Source: Octopus sinensis (taxonomy: Eukaryota). Taken from it: DNA of 64,000 bases. The notes beneath the pieces were generated by a model. The model saw nothing but the letters and a program-made list of their open reading frames with translations, did not search any database and was not told where the DNA came from. The first letter of the stretch is position 1. Each line of letters begins with the position of its first letter. The position numbers were made by a program, and so were the translations under genes. This document shows, one piece after another, positions 1-13,464 of this stretch. The DNA is taken from contig NC_043008.1 of NCBI RefSeq assembly GCF_006345805.1, positions 48,980,001 through 49,044,000 of the forward strand. Direction: 5' to 3'.

Positions 1-894
1 TAGCAAAAGGCAAACATGAAATGGAAGCACAAAGCAGCCAGTCCAAAGGAGCCAATGTTCTACCTTTGTCCCTCTGTTTAATATTAATTCAATACTAAGG
101 TAATGAGCTGGCAGAAACATTAGCACACCAGGCAAAATGCTTAGAGGTATTTCATCTGTCTTTACATTCTGAGTTCAAATTCTGCTGAGGTCAACTTTGC
201 CTTTCATCCTTTCAGGGTCGATAAATTAAGTATCAGTTGCATACTGGAGTCGATCTAATTAATTGGCACCCTCCCTCAAAATTTCAGGCCTTCTGCCTAA
301 AGTAGAAAAGAAAACTAAGGCATCAAGCTGGCAGAATTGTTAGTACACCAGGTGAAATGCTTAGCAGTACTTCGTCTGCCTCAATGTTCTGAGTTCAAAT
401 TCCGCTGAGGTCAACCTTGCCTTTTATCCTTTCAGGGTCAATGAAATAAGTACCTCCTCCAAATCAGTGCTATAGAGTCGGAGTTGTGGACTCAGAAAAA
501 CTATACTGACTCATTATGTCTATTCTTTAATATAAACCAGTTATAACATATAGGCCTGCTCAATGTACAAACATATGCATATGCTTTATATGATATGTAG
601 ACCACTATCAATTACATAAAGAGGAGTCAGAGGTGCAAATAGTACAGGAGTCAGAGTGGGAGTCAAAGTTTTTTGTCTAGACTCCACAGCCCTGCCCAAA
701 ATTTCAGGTCTTGTGCCTATAGTAGAAAGGATTCATTCAATACACTATCTTTAAAGCAATATTAATTGCTCCAAGACATACAAACCCCAGAAGCAAATAA
801 AAGATACACTAAAAGAAGAAAACAACATCCTAGAAAGAGGAAGAAATAAGGAGCTGAAATGAAGGCCTGTTAGAAGGGAAAGTGAATGAGTTAC

Positions 895-1074
895 CTTGCA
901 ATACGGTTATTATCAGTTTTCCTAACTCTACGAATGCAGCTAATTCCAGCTTTGATAAGGAAATGCTGGGCCAGATCAGAGACCCCTTTCTCAGTGATGA
1001 CCAGATCGGGCTTCACGGCAATAATGTCATTGCAGATCTCCTGGATGTATTCTTCTTCAAGACGTAACACCTTA
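895..1074 (-). CDS. CCT3: CCT3 exon 12 ([60 protein letters not shown])
   Basis: 180 nt, phase 2-2, apical-domain sequence typical of CCT-gamma. Confidence 0.97.
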
Positions 1075-4000
1075 CTGAAAAAAAACAGAAAAGAGAAAAG
1101 GGATTTTGGTTCAATAACTGGCAAAACAATGGCATCAACATAAAATCATCATCATCACTAAACATCCATTTTCCATGCTGGCATGGGTTGGACAGTTCGT
1201 CTGAAACAAGAGAAAATTCATGAGAAGGAACCAGACAATCACAAAATGGATGTCCAGTCTGGAATTTCAAAGATTCTCCTTAACCCATTAAGTCCCAGAG
1301 TACTTAAATTTCTGAATATTACTTTTAAATTTTTACACTCTCAGAGTGGTTGGCGTTAGGAAGGGCATCCAGCAGTAGAAACTCTGCCAGATCAAGATTG
1401 AAGCCTGGTGCAGCCATTTGGTTCGCCAGCCCTCAGTCAAATCGTCCAACCCATGCTAGCATGGAAAGCGGACGTTAAACAATGATGATGATTGAAAATA
1501 AGTTTAAATGAAAATAATAATACTTAAAACTCCTTTACTTCAAGTAGAAATGGAAATATTCGGTGTCCTATAAATAGGACCCTGAGAAAATATGATATAA
1601 TTTATTTAATGTTCCCATTTAGTGTCCTATTTATAGGACAGTGGGACTTAATGGGTTAAAAGAACTGAGTCACTTTTTGCCAAGCTGTTTAATTTAGAGG
1701 GACGTGAACAAACCAACACTATCAAGCAGTTGTGGAAAACACAGGCACACACGATGTGCTTCTTTCAGTTTCTGTGCACCAAGTCTACTCACAAGCTTTG
1801 GTCAGCCTGAAGCTTAAGGTGACATGCAATGGGACCGAACCTGACCGGACGTAGAAGTAAACTTTCTTCCTCATAGCCACACTTCCCCCACAGCATAGTA
1901 AATAATGAATGTAGCCATTTTATTTTTAGTACTAGCACTATGACCCGGCAACTATAGTCCTAGTGCATGCATATACAGCTGCGTGCGTGTGTACATACAC
2001 GCAAGTACTGTCCAAATCTCCGACCAATCACATACAGCTAGCTGGCATTCAATTGGCGTATCAAGTTTCGGGCATTTTGATTGGGTTTTGGAGAGAAAAT
2101 TCGCAAAAAAGTCACTTCTATTGATTTTTTAATGGCTTTGTTGGGTGACTGAGGAAATGTAAAGATGTGCACGACCACCCTTGGACCATAGAAAGTGCGA
2201 GCCCTCTAACTGAAAAATTGTGGATTTGTATAAAGGACACGCACACACACACAGACATTGCCGTTTATATATAGAGAGATAAACAGAATTCTTTGGTTAG
2301 TCCTTAGCTTCTTTTCACACCCACTCGAAAGCAGACAGTATTTGCTACCAATAGCAACATAGTATGGGAAGTAACTCGTGTTAAGGGAGATAACTCATTC
2401 GAGTTTCAGCACTCTGCAACACTCGCAGATGTTCTCAAAGCAGTTTCCGTGGAGGTTCCGCGAAATGTCTTAATCATATATTCTTTTCTACTCTAGGCAT
2501 ATGGTAGAGATATCTATAAAAGAGAGAGAGAGAGAGGATGGGAAGGTCTGGAAGGAAGGGAATATGTGATGATGCATTCACTTTACCAAGCAGCTAGATA
2601 TTAAGTACACTTGGATTTCAATAGGGGAGAAGCGAAAAGGAAAAAATCTGCATGTGTTCTGTCATGAGAACCCTCACCCACTTTTGACCACATCTTCCCA
2701 TCTCAACATCACACCAAATAGCCGTAACTTTTGGCATCATATGCTTCCTTACCTTTGGCCACTCTGCTACTGTTAATTACTTCCCTTCCCTCAATAACAC
2801 CCCACCTATGCCTACCTTCTCCATCACACCCATCCTAAGTTGCTACCTGTAATCATTGTTCTGGATACACAAAACAACATTACTGCCCTTGGCAATTGTC
2901 ATTCCTATTTCTCTCTCCATCTCAAAACAGACTTCAGCCACTGGGTCTAATACAGCTGACCACTTAGCTAAATAGAACTGATGTCATTTACTATTAATCA
3001 ATGGAAATTGTTGTTGTGATACATGTGCCGGTGGCACGTAAAAAGCACCATCCGAACATGGCCGATGCTAGTGCTGCCTTGACTGGCTTCTGAGCCGGTG
3101 GCACGTAAAAAGCATCAACCGATCGTGGCCGCTGCCAGCCTCGCCTGGCACCTGCGCCGGTGGCACATAAAATGCACCCACTACACTCACGGAGTGGTTG
3201 GCGCCTTCTGGCTTCCCAGACCCGGTTGAACCGTCCAACCCATGCTAGAATGGAAAACGGACATTAAACGATGATGACACAAGCTCTAAACCAGTGAAAG
3301 ACAATATACAAAGAACAGTGTTAGAGAAAGAATTAAAGCGTCAGAAAAGAAACTCACGCAAAATCGTCTTCGGCAGTGATTTCAATGTTGGTCTGGCAAT
3401 GAAAATAATGAAAACAATGTTATTTCAAAATAAAAGCCTTTGATCCACAATAATTCAATCACAAGAAATGTTTTCTGACTCAGGTTGTTATTTGAGACTA
3501 ATTTCTTTAATTCCTAATTACTAAATATAATTACCTGGCTTTCTCCCTTCTTGTATTCTAATGAACAGTCAAGCAACAGAATGCGAGGGTTTTCTATTTT
3601 TCTGTCAAACAAAGAAAAAAGGTTCTTTAATTAGACTTCAACATATTAATAGATTCTTTAAAAACAGGATATAACAACGTAATTGATCAGGAGGAATAAA
3701 AAGAAGCAATATCACATTTAGCAACAGTACTTTGTAGTAAAGATTATTTGTCAACATAACATGGCAGTCCTGGTTTAGGACTATTGTTGCTGTAATTTAG
3801 CCCCAGGAGACATCATCTCCAGCTGGCTATACAACATAATCTGTGCCCTTACATTTTCAAACAATTATTCTGTGCTGAGGAAGGGAAATAACCTGGAAAT
3901 TGCAATACACAGATATTGTTTTGTTTGAAAATATAAGGACACAGATCATGTCATATAACCAGCTGGGGACGATGTTTCCTGGGGCTAAATTACAGCAACA

Positions 4001-7000
4001 TTCGTCCTAAACAAGGACTGCCATGTTATGTTGGCAAACAATCTTTACTCCTATATCACAACAGTACAGGACAAAAGACTATGACTAACATGGGGTAAGA
4101 TGGCATAAGCTACCCATACACATCACTGGTGGAAAAGATCCATTTGCTTATCTTAAATCTGCCCCCAAAGTCATTGCAATGAATAGTTTAAAAATCCCTT
4201 CAAAGATATCTATTATACAACAGCCCTGGAAAGCCTAAAACTAATGTCTAAAGAAACTTCAGAATATATACAAAAAGAATTAAATCTTTAATCCTTCTGA
4301 TACTAATCCTCTTAAGGTAACCCTAGTTTTAAGATACAAATATCCAATTTTAAAATGATGTAATTAAAATGTAATTAAAATTTAATGTTAATTTTATGAT
4401 CCCAACAACACATTAATAATGACGATGCTGAGTTATGAGAATTTTTACATGCCTTTCTATCGGCAATGACCAACATTAAGTTTGTTAATAGTTTAACCTA
4501 ATATATAACAAGAACGTTTGGCAAAAGATTTTTTTTTTTAATTAAATATGATGATGATGATACTGGGGTTTGAAAAAGGTCTTTTTTAATTTAATTTTTT
4601 AAAAACCATTCACAATGGCGGTGCCCCAGCATGGCCACAGCTTGTGAGCTGAAACTAAATAAAATAAAAAATACAAAAGCTATGATTGAACGACATTTAG
4701 CATAAAAGACCATTAGAATTTGGGATTATCAAATTGTTAATGAATTAAATTAATTCAGCTAAATGATATTTGATGGATGTAAATTTCAGGTTGAAAAATG
4801 TTTTTTTGCCCTTCAATCTACAGTAAAAATACAGAAGAACCTCAGTTTCCGAACAACTCTGATCACAAATAAATTATACTTTATCTCTCATCTTTCTCAT
4901 ATTCATTTAATACAGTAGTACCTCAGTTACAAATGACTCTGATCACAAATAAATCGTGCTTTATATCATCATCATTGTCATCGGCTTTCCATGTTGACAT
5001 GGGTTGGACGGTTTAACTGTCTTGAGCTGCACCAAGCTCTAATCTGATATGGCAGAATTTCTACAGCTGGATGCCCTTCCTAACGCCAACCACTCCGAGA
5101 GTGTAGTGGGTGCTCTTACGTGCCGCCAGCACGAAAGCCAGTCAGGCATTTCTGGCAATGACCATGCTCAAAAGGTGTTTCTTATGTGCTACCTGCATGG
5201 GAGCCAGTCTGGCGGCACTGGCAATGACCACGCTCAAATGTTGCTTTTCATGTGCCAGTAAGGCGACACTGGCAACAATCACACTCGAATGGTGCTTTTT
5301 ACTTGCCACCGGTACGGGAGCCAGTCCATGGCCCTGGCAATGATCACACTCATTGTGCCTTTAATGTTCCACTGGCACGAGTGCCAATCAGGCGGTAGTC
5401 ATCGGTCACGTCAGCAATTATGATTTTATATATATATATATATATATAAAGCATGATTCATTTGCAATCAAAGTTGATCAAAAACCGAGGAGTACTACTG
5501 TACAAGTTTCATTTGATTTTTAAAACATTAAATTACCTCTTCATTTTAGGATGTGTGACATCTTTGTTCAATAGAATTCCTTGCAATACACAAGAATCTT
5601 CAATGCAACCACCAGGAATCTATTGGAAATATTCAAGAAATATAAATTATTCAGTGAGAAAAATGAAAAAAATGCTGCAGAGAAAATATCAAAACCAATT
5701 TTAAGAAATACGATATTCTGTATAATTTTAGACTATATTTAAAATGTCTGTGTCTATTCCCCACCACCATCACTTGACAACCAGTGTTGGCGTGTTTACA
5801 TCCCCCATAATTTTACAGTTCAGCAAAACAAAGTACTAGGTGTAAAAAAAAAGTACTAGGGTTAATTCATTCGACTGGAAGTCGAAGGCAGTGCCCCGGC
5901 ATGGCCTCAGTCTAATGACTGAAACAAGGAGAGAGAGGAGGAAAAAACCTCACCTGTTTCCAGGTAAGGTAATAAATCCCCAGTCTATGGAACGACAAAC
6001 TACCTGGACATGCTTGGGCAGAGGATTGCAATCAAACACTATTCAATGAGGATTTTCTTTATAATAAATGTGAAGGGGCCAGAGGGGGTTGGCATCAACC
6101 GCAATCGGATTGTGCTTTTTACATGCCACAGGCATGGAAGCCAGTCAAGGCGGCGCTGGCATTGGCCACATTCAGATGGAGCTTTTTACATACCACTGGC
6201 ATGAATGACTGTGGGACTGCACCTAGAAAGATCCCCTCCAAGGCACAAGTCCAAGCAAGGTTGTTTATGGAAGACCAGCAACGCTCGTGCATACCAACCT
6301 CTTCTCTCCATGCCACCAACATTATCCAAGGGAGAGGCAAAGACCCATACAGACCAGAACCAGTGACATCGCAATCGAGTGAACTGGAGCAACATGAAAA
6401 TAAGTGTCTTGCTCAAGAACATAACACACAGCCCAGTTCAGGAATTGAACTCACTATCTCATGATTGTGAAACCGTAGCTCTAACTACTGATTCACACTG
6501 TGTGTGTACATATGCATCTACATTGTTCTGATAACATCATGTGATGATGGTTGTCATACAAGTGATGTTGTTTGTTTCTTATCTTCCTTGGGACAATATT
6601 GTCTTTGTTGGAAACAGATGAGGGTTGGCAACAGGAAGGGCGCCCAGCAGTAGAAAATATGCCCTGATGGAATTTTGTTCAACCCATGTAAACATGATGC
6701 AAAAGTGGATGTTAAATGATGATAATGACAACTTAGATTTTAGGAGGAAATTAAATATATAACTTACTTTTTCAACTTTAGCAAAATTCTTTAAATCAAT
6801 CTCTTTCTTCCCTTTCTCTTCAACCAGGACTATTTTAGTAGCAGTCAATGCCATTTTACAAGCCAACTCAGACCTTTGAAGAGATTTTTAAAAAAAGAAA
6901 ATTTAAATATTATCAGCAAAAGTCCTTAGAAAAATGCAAAACTGTTCTGGCAGAATTACAGACAATGAAACACTGCACTTACCATTGTTTCATGAACTTG

Positions 7001-10000
7001 GTACCAATACAGCTTTTGATGATTTTCAAAAGTTCCCCATCATTATTCACATCAACTGGAACGCTGGTTGAAAACAAAACATTTTAAGTCAATTCCATAT
7101 TTTTAGGTAGTTTAAAAAGCTTTTGATACCAACCCACTTATGACTACCCCCGCCTCGTTCTATGACACAAACTTCCTTATCTTGAAGTGATCTAGAAATT
7201 AAAAAATCTTCCACTAAAATTTCACATCATTTTCCAGACTCCAGCATTTTACTAAATTCATCATTTCCAAAATTAATGTAAAACAAAGACATTTTATTTC
7301 AACAGAAGTATGATAGATGCTAAAACTTTAGTTCCAACCATCTCCAAGATGTTTCACATCTTTCTATTATGGGTAGAAGATCAGAAATTTTGATGAAGGG
7401 AGCTAGGAGATTACACAGACTTCGGTGATTAATTGGTCCCTATTTTATCGAGCCCTCAAAAGGATAGCAATATTTCAACTCGGAACAAATTGCTCAGCAG
7501 CATTTTGTCCAGTACCAATTCTGCCAGCTTGACACCTTCATGATCTTTAGTACCCAAACCATTCCTCACACCCTACTAACAATTTACTGCACTTAAATAG
7601 TAAAAAAAACATGTCGCTAATCCTCTTACACAATAAAATTCCATTCATTGTACCATCCTACATTATGTGGAATATAAAAAACGTTATCATTTTTGTTTCC
7701 ACTGAAGAATTACAACCATTAAATACATTATTTTTACTAAAGTAAATAAACGTAAAAATTTTTTCTTTATTTCAAAACCATCCAATTTCACAACTTTGTG
7801 CTTTTTTTAACGAACGTTCTAATAAAATGAAGAAATATTTTGCTCAAGCTTACCCTATCTTAGCCTTCATAATTTCCAAAATATCATCAAGAGCACGTCT
7901 GAAAGCACTGATGATGACAGTTGGATGCATTTGTTCGCCAAGGAATGGACTGGCCACATTCAACACTTCTCCAGCTAATAAAAAAACAAAACAAAATTTA
8001 TGTAATCAAAATGTGAATTTAGTGACAGCAATCATTTTCACACACTCCGTATGGCACCTTCCCATATAAACTTGACCCTTGTGCTCGTAACATATCAAAA
8101 CACTAAAAAATGCCTAGATAAACCAATTCATATCCAAAAATCAAAATTACCAAAGAATTTCAGTGTTGTGACAAGACACAGTCACCAAGAATCCATCATT
8201 TTACTTTGCTTCTCCAACTCACAATTGTTTAAACCAATCTCAGAATCAGATTTTCCAATGAAATATCTACTGACGGACACTCTGCTTCTTTGAGTCAGAT
8301 CCTGCAAGTCAGCAACAGAATAATCTTCAATGGAAGCAAAGTTTAAACGATTTCCAATGAAACTTGCTCTTCCAGATGGAATTATATTTCTAGTGTCAAT
8401 TCCACCATCAGGGTCTTTGATACAAGTTTCCTGGCAGCTTTTTAGAACTAAAGATGGTGTTTTTCTTCTTCCCCATACCCCTCCATTTCAACCTTTTACT
8501 CTCAACCATCTCCAGCAGTTACGAACATTAAAGGCTTTGTAGGAGACTCGTGAAATGCCACTCCTGGGGAACAGATTACTGAAAATGGTAATTTGGCTGA
8601 AATAAAACAGTAAACATAAAAGAAATTAAATGAAGACTTACTGAGAACAATAACGGATGTGGTGCCATCACCAACTTCTTCATCCTGAGTACGAGCTACT
8701 TCAATAATGGATTTAGCAGCTGGATGTTGGACGGTGATCTGAAGAGAAGAAGAAATATTTATTTACACCAGATGGCAATATGGAATCTCTCCTAAAACAA
8801 TAGGAATAAAGGAGGGGGTAGTGAGATTGAGCATTTACCAGGACAGGGAATCAGTGCTGAAACTTTGGTTCTGAAGAAACAATCGCAAGAGAAAAGCATA
8901 GACATGGCTGTGTGGTTGAGAATTTTGATATGCCAACCACTGTGCAGCCCCTTGGGCAAGAATCTCCTACTCTAGCCTCATGCTGACCAAAGATCTAAAT
9001 GACTTGGTAGACAGAAACTGAAAAGAAGTCCATCATGTGTGTCCTTGTCTCAACATCACATGCCAATTTGATGCACAATGTTTCCAATGTAATAATTAGA
9101 ATGTGCTTTTTTGAAGTTGTGTCTATAATTGGGAGACATAGCATTACAACAGAATGTGTGGGAATAACATTAGGACCCCATATTTATAATGAAACTGCTT
9201 CTCAACACTGAGTTTTGGATATTTAATGCTAAAGTAAATAATTTTTGGTGTTAACATGGTCCCATTTGAAATTTTTCTTCTGCAGATGGAAGAGCACGCC
9301 TTCTTCTATCATACTCTTAATTTTGGTCAACTTGCGCCACAGGGTCTCGGAGGAGATAGTGTTAGTTGAAGGCTGCCAAAACAGCCATACACAGACAACT
9401 TCAGTTTTATATAGAGAGATTATCTTAATTAGTAACATTGTAACAGGCACTGATGCTGGTGCCATGTAAAAAGTACCCAGTACACTCTTTTAAAGGGTTG
9501 GTGTTAGTAAGGGCATCCAGCCATAGAAACCAAACCAAAACAGACTATGGAACCTGGTGCAGTATCTATCAACCCATCCAACCCATACCAGCATGGAAAA
9601 CAGACATTGAAGATGATGATCTGTATAACAAGCTGTATGGAGGGCAATGAGTATTTGTCAACAAACTTCAGAGTATAAATGAAAGACCATCTTATGTAAA
9701 GTTGAGCAGCATGTGCCCAATGTAGTATATTTTAATGTGAGGAAAGGTAATACAAAGGACACACCACTCTTGTAACTGCCAGACTCTCAAAGATGATAGC
9801 GTTCTTCATGTTCAGAATTGAGAAATAGTTGGAAGCCTGTTGTGAGGGATGGGTCACCTGTGACTAAGGGAAACACACATTTCCAGCCGAGTTCATCCAG
9901 AAGGCCCAGGACATCACCAAGAACAACACTAACAGGATGACGAGGACACCAGCCAAACGGCACAAGTCAGGCCTAAGGACAACAAAAATACTACACAAGG

Positions 10001-13000
10001 AGAAGAAAGTTTATATCCCGCAAGAACCAAGAAAACCCTGTGACCATATAATGTCCCTACGATACTTCAAAAATTTCTATCACCACCTGCACTGCTGTGC
10101 CTGGATGTCATGAAGTAACTAGTGACCCTGCATTGTCAAGTGTTCATTGGGAGTTAGTCATAAATGTGGTGGGTTGGGGCCACTTAATGGCTACATCAAG
10201 AATGTTATAGGGGCTAAGGGCTATTTTGTTGAACGGTCTTTTTTTTATGTGTATAGTTGAATGTGTGTGCATTTTTCTAAGGACATTTTGTTCTTTGTCT
10301 AGGGGTCTATACATAAAGTATAGAGATGTTAACTGCAATGGTATATTCATTAACGCAACAGAGGATAAATACTGGTTGCAAAGTGTAAAGAACACTTAGT
10401 AACGAAACAGTCAAGCGAGACTAAACAATACTGTTTCACGGGATTGTAATAGGGTTGAGGATGTGTAAGACTACATATTTTAAGACCCACCAAACACAAA
10501 CAATTTTAAAAGTCTTTTGAAACATGTATACAGATGGAATCAAAATGCAAAAATTAAGAAATGGAAACAACAACAACAACAAAAGGAAGAAATCAAGTGG
10601 AGATGAGCTAACCTCTCTGAGAATAGCATTGCCATCATTTGTCATGACAATTCCTCCCATCGGATCCATCAACATCTGAAACAATAAAGGGGAACATTGT
10701 CATCATAATTGGTCACCACTAGCTTTATCATCAATTGAAATTCATGAAAAAACAGAAAATGTACAAAATTATTTTTAAAATGTATTTTTTCACAGAGTTT
10801 TGAATTAATAATTATACTCAAGAGGATTATCAACAGTGTTTGTTTGTAATTTAAGTTTGGGATTATAGACTTGGAATTTTGCCAGCAGGTGTTTTAACCC
10901 TTTAGTGTTTAAACCAGCCACATCCAGCCAAAAATTTTCTGCCTGTTTTATGTTCAAACTTGCCAGATCTGGTCTCTCACACCAACCCTACAATATCGTT
11001 TTAAAAATTAACAGCTACCTCATCAAAATCTCATAACTACAAGATAATGCATGATTAGTTCAAAACAATGTGGATGAAGAAGCATTAATTTTGGCAGAAT
11101 AATGCGAACACTAAAGGGTTAAACCAGCCAAATCCGGCCCAAATATTCTACGTGGTTTATATTTGAACTAGCCATATCTAGCCTCTCACACCTAACCTAC
11201 AGTGACATTCTAAAAATAGTCAAAAAGTGATATATTCACTTTAGAAATTTATGTATTAATTCTTCAAAAACCATCTTTTTATGACGATATATAAACTAAA
11301 ACCAACCAATTGGTTTGATATATGATATTTGATTTTTTTTTTTTTCAACAATAAGTTGGTCAGAAAGAAATGTAGTAACAGAAATTCCACTAACAAAAAT
11401 TTAACAAGTTTATATATATTTCACTCTTTTGAGGCCAATCCACTTTGAGACCATCCCTGGTTTTTTGATACAACTTTTCTGTTTTAAAATAAGTTAAATT
11501 AAAATTAAAATTTTGCATTAGTTTCTGTTCTCAAAACCAGCTGAAATCTTTTGACATCAACCCGCCTTGAAACCACCCCTAGTTTTATGGCACAAACTCA
11601 TTTTAAAGTGATCTAAATTACAATTTATGCTAATTTGTTCCAGAAACCAGCTTAATGAGAAAGCTATTTTACTAAATCCTTTGTTATTTTAAAAATCAAG
11701 CAAAATAAATGCTGTATATTTCAAATGGAATATGGTAACAAAAAGGCTAACGACAGTTAACAGTAAATTAAATTCAGTTTTTAGAAAAAGAGGGATAAAT
11801 AGAAAAACAAGTGTTACCTTCAACATAGATCTTGGTCCTAGACATGTCTGGATAATGTCAGCAATGGACTGCAAAAATGCAAGAAATAAATGATAGAACA
11901 GTAACACACAAATGACATTAAAACAATGAAAAAGTGTCATTAATTAATTGACGAAAATTAATGGGTTTTTATTTACGGCAGTTAGGGGTGGGCAAGGTTG
12001 GCAGACTCGTTAGTGTTGAAAAACTGCCTTGCAGGAGTCTCTCTTGTTCTTTATATTCTGGGTTCAGATTGCCGCTCATCCCTCCAGAGTCAATAAAAGA
12101 AGTCCTAAAGCAGGACTGCCATGTTATGTTGCCAGTCTTTACTACAAAGTACTGTTGCTGAATATCTCAGGCTGTGAGAATTAAAAATGGTAATAGTAGT
12201 AGGAGAGGGTGTCTGACCCCACTGTTATTCAGAAGTGTCCTAGTTGAAATCATCATCATTTAATGTCCGCTTTCCATGCTAGCTTGGGTTGGACGATTTG
12301 ACTGAGGTCTGGCGAACCAGATTCCAATCTGATCTGGCATAGTTTCTACAGCTGGATGCCCTTCCTAATGCCAGTGTGGTGGTACTTGCAACGGCCACGA
12401 CCAAATGGTGCTTTTTATGTGCCACCTGCATAGGAGCCAGTCCAGCGGCACTGGTGACAACCTCACTCAAATGTTTCACATGCCACCAACACAATTGCTA
12501 GTAAGGCGACGTGGTAACGAATGGAGAAAATATTTCCTGATATCAAAATATGAAAATGATTTAACCTCCTTTAGTATTGAAACCAACCAGATCTGACCTC
12601 TCCCAACTATCCTCCAATGCCATTCCAAAAATAAAACAATCACACCGTCAAAGTCTCAAAGACACAAGATAATGCAGGATTTCTTCAAAATAATGGGAAT
12701 AAAAAACTCATTACATTTGACAGAGGAATTTGAATGTTAAAGGGTTAACGAAGTATTGAGCCAGTATTTCTTTGATTTCAGATTCGTTAAACTGTTGATC
12801 ACCAGGTCTTAATACTCTCTACTTCCTCTGATTATCAACAAATTCTTTGATTTTACAATGAAATCAATCTCAGATCTTCAGCTGCCTTTTTTTTACATAC
12901 AAACAGGATTGTTTCATATGAGCCATCTACGTATCATACTGTAAATAAATCACTGAAAGGCAATTTACAGCCATATTCATAGAGAAATAACATCTCTTAT

Positions 13001-13419
13001 GGACATGTGTTCAAAAGAAATATATAATATAAATTGGACATGGGTGAGCGTTGTATTCTTCCTTGTCTTGAGGTTCACAGCCAAACGGCTGGGTGGATTC
13101 AAGTGAAAAATGGCACACATGTTGATACGGGTGCATACATTGGAATGCAGTTTGTTTTTTTTCCCTAACCCTGAGAAAATCGATTAAAACTTTTTCTAAT
13201 GGAATGTCCCTCTTTCTTCTACCATTAAAACAACCAGTTGCTTAGAAGCCGTTTTCTGAGGGGGTGGAGTCAAGAAATTTTCATACAGCAAGAGGATCCA
13301 TTCGAAACAGGGGACCCAAAATGATATGGTTGACAAACGCTGTTATAGATTATGCCTAACCGAAAATGATTACAGTCACATCGTCCAAACAGACCGGGTG
13401 AAACCGGGCTTAGCTGCTA

Positions 13420-13464
<45 letters not shown>

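Noticed and set aside
2330-2470. Several small hairpins in CCT3 intron 11
   Set aside because: No H or ACA box in the right positions; the stems are short enough to be chance.
6020-6065. Minus-strand ENPH*IVFDCNP resembling CCT3 exon 10
   Set aside because: It contains a stop, lacks splice sites, and the true exon is at 3535-3601; a chance match.
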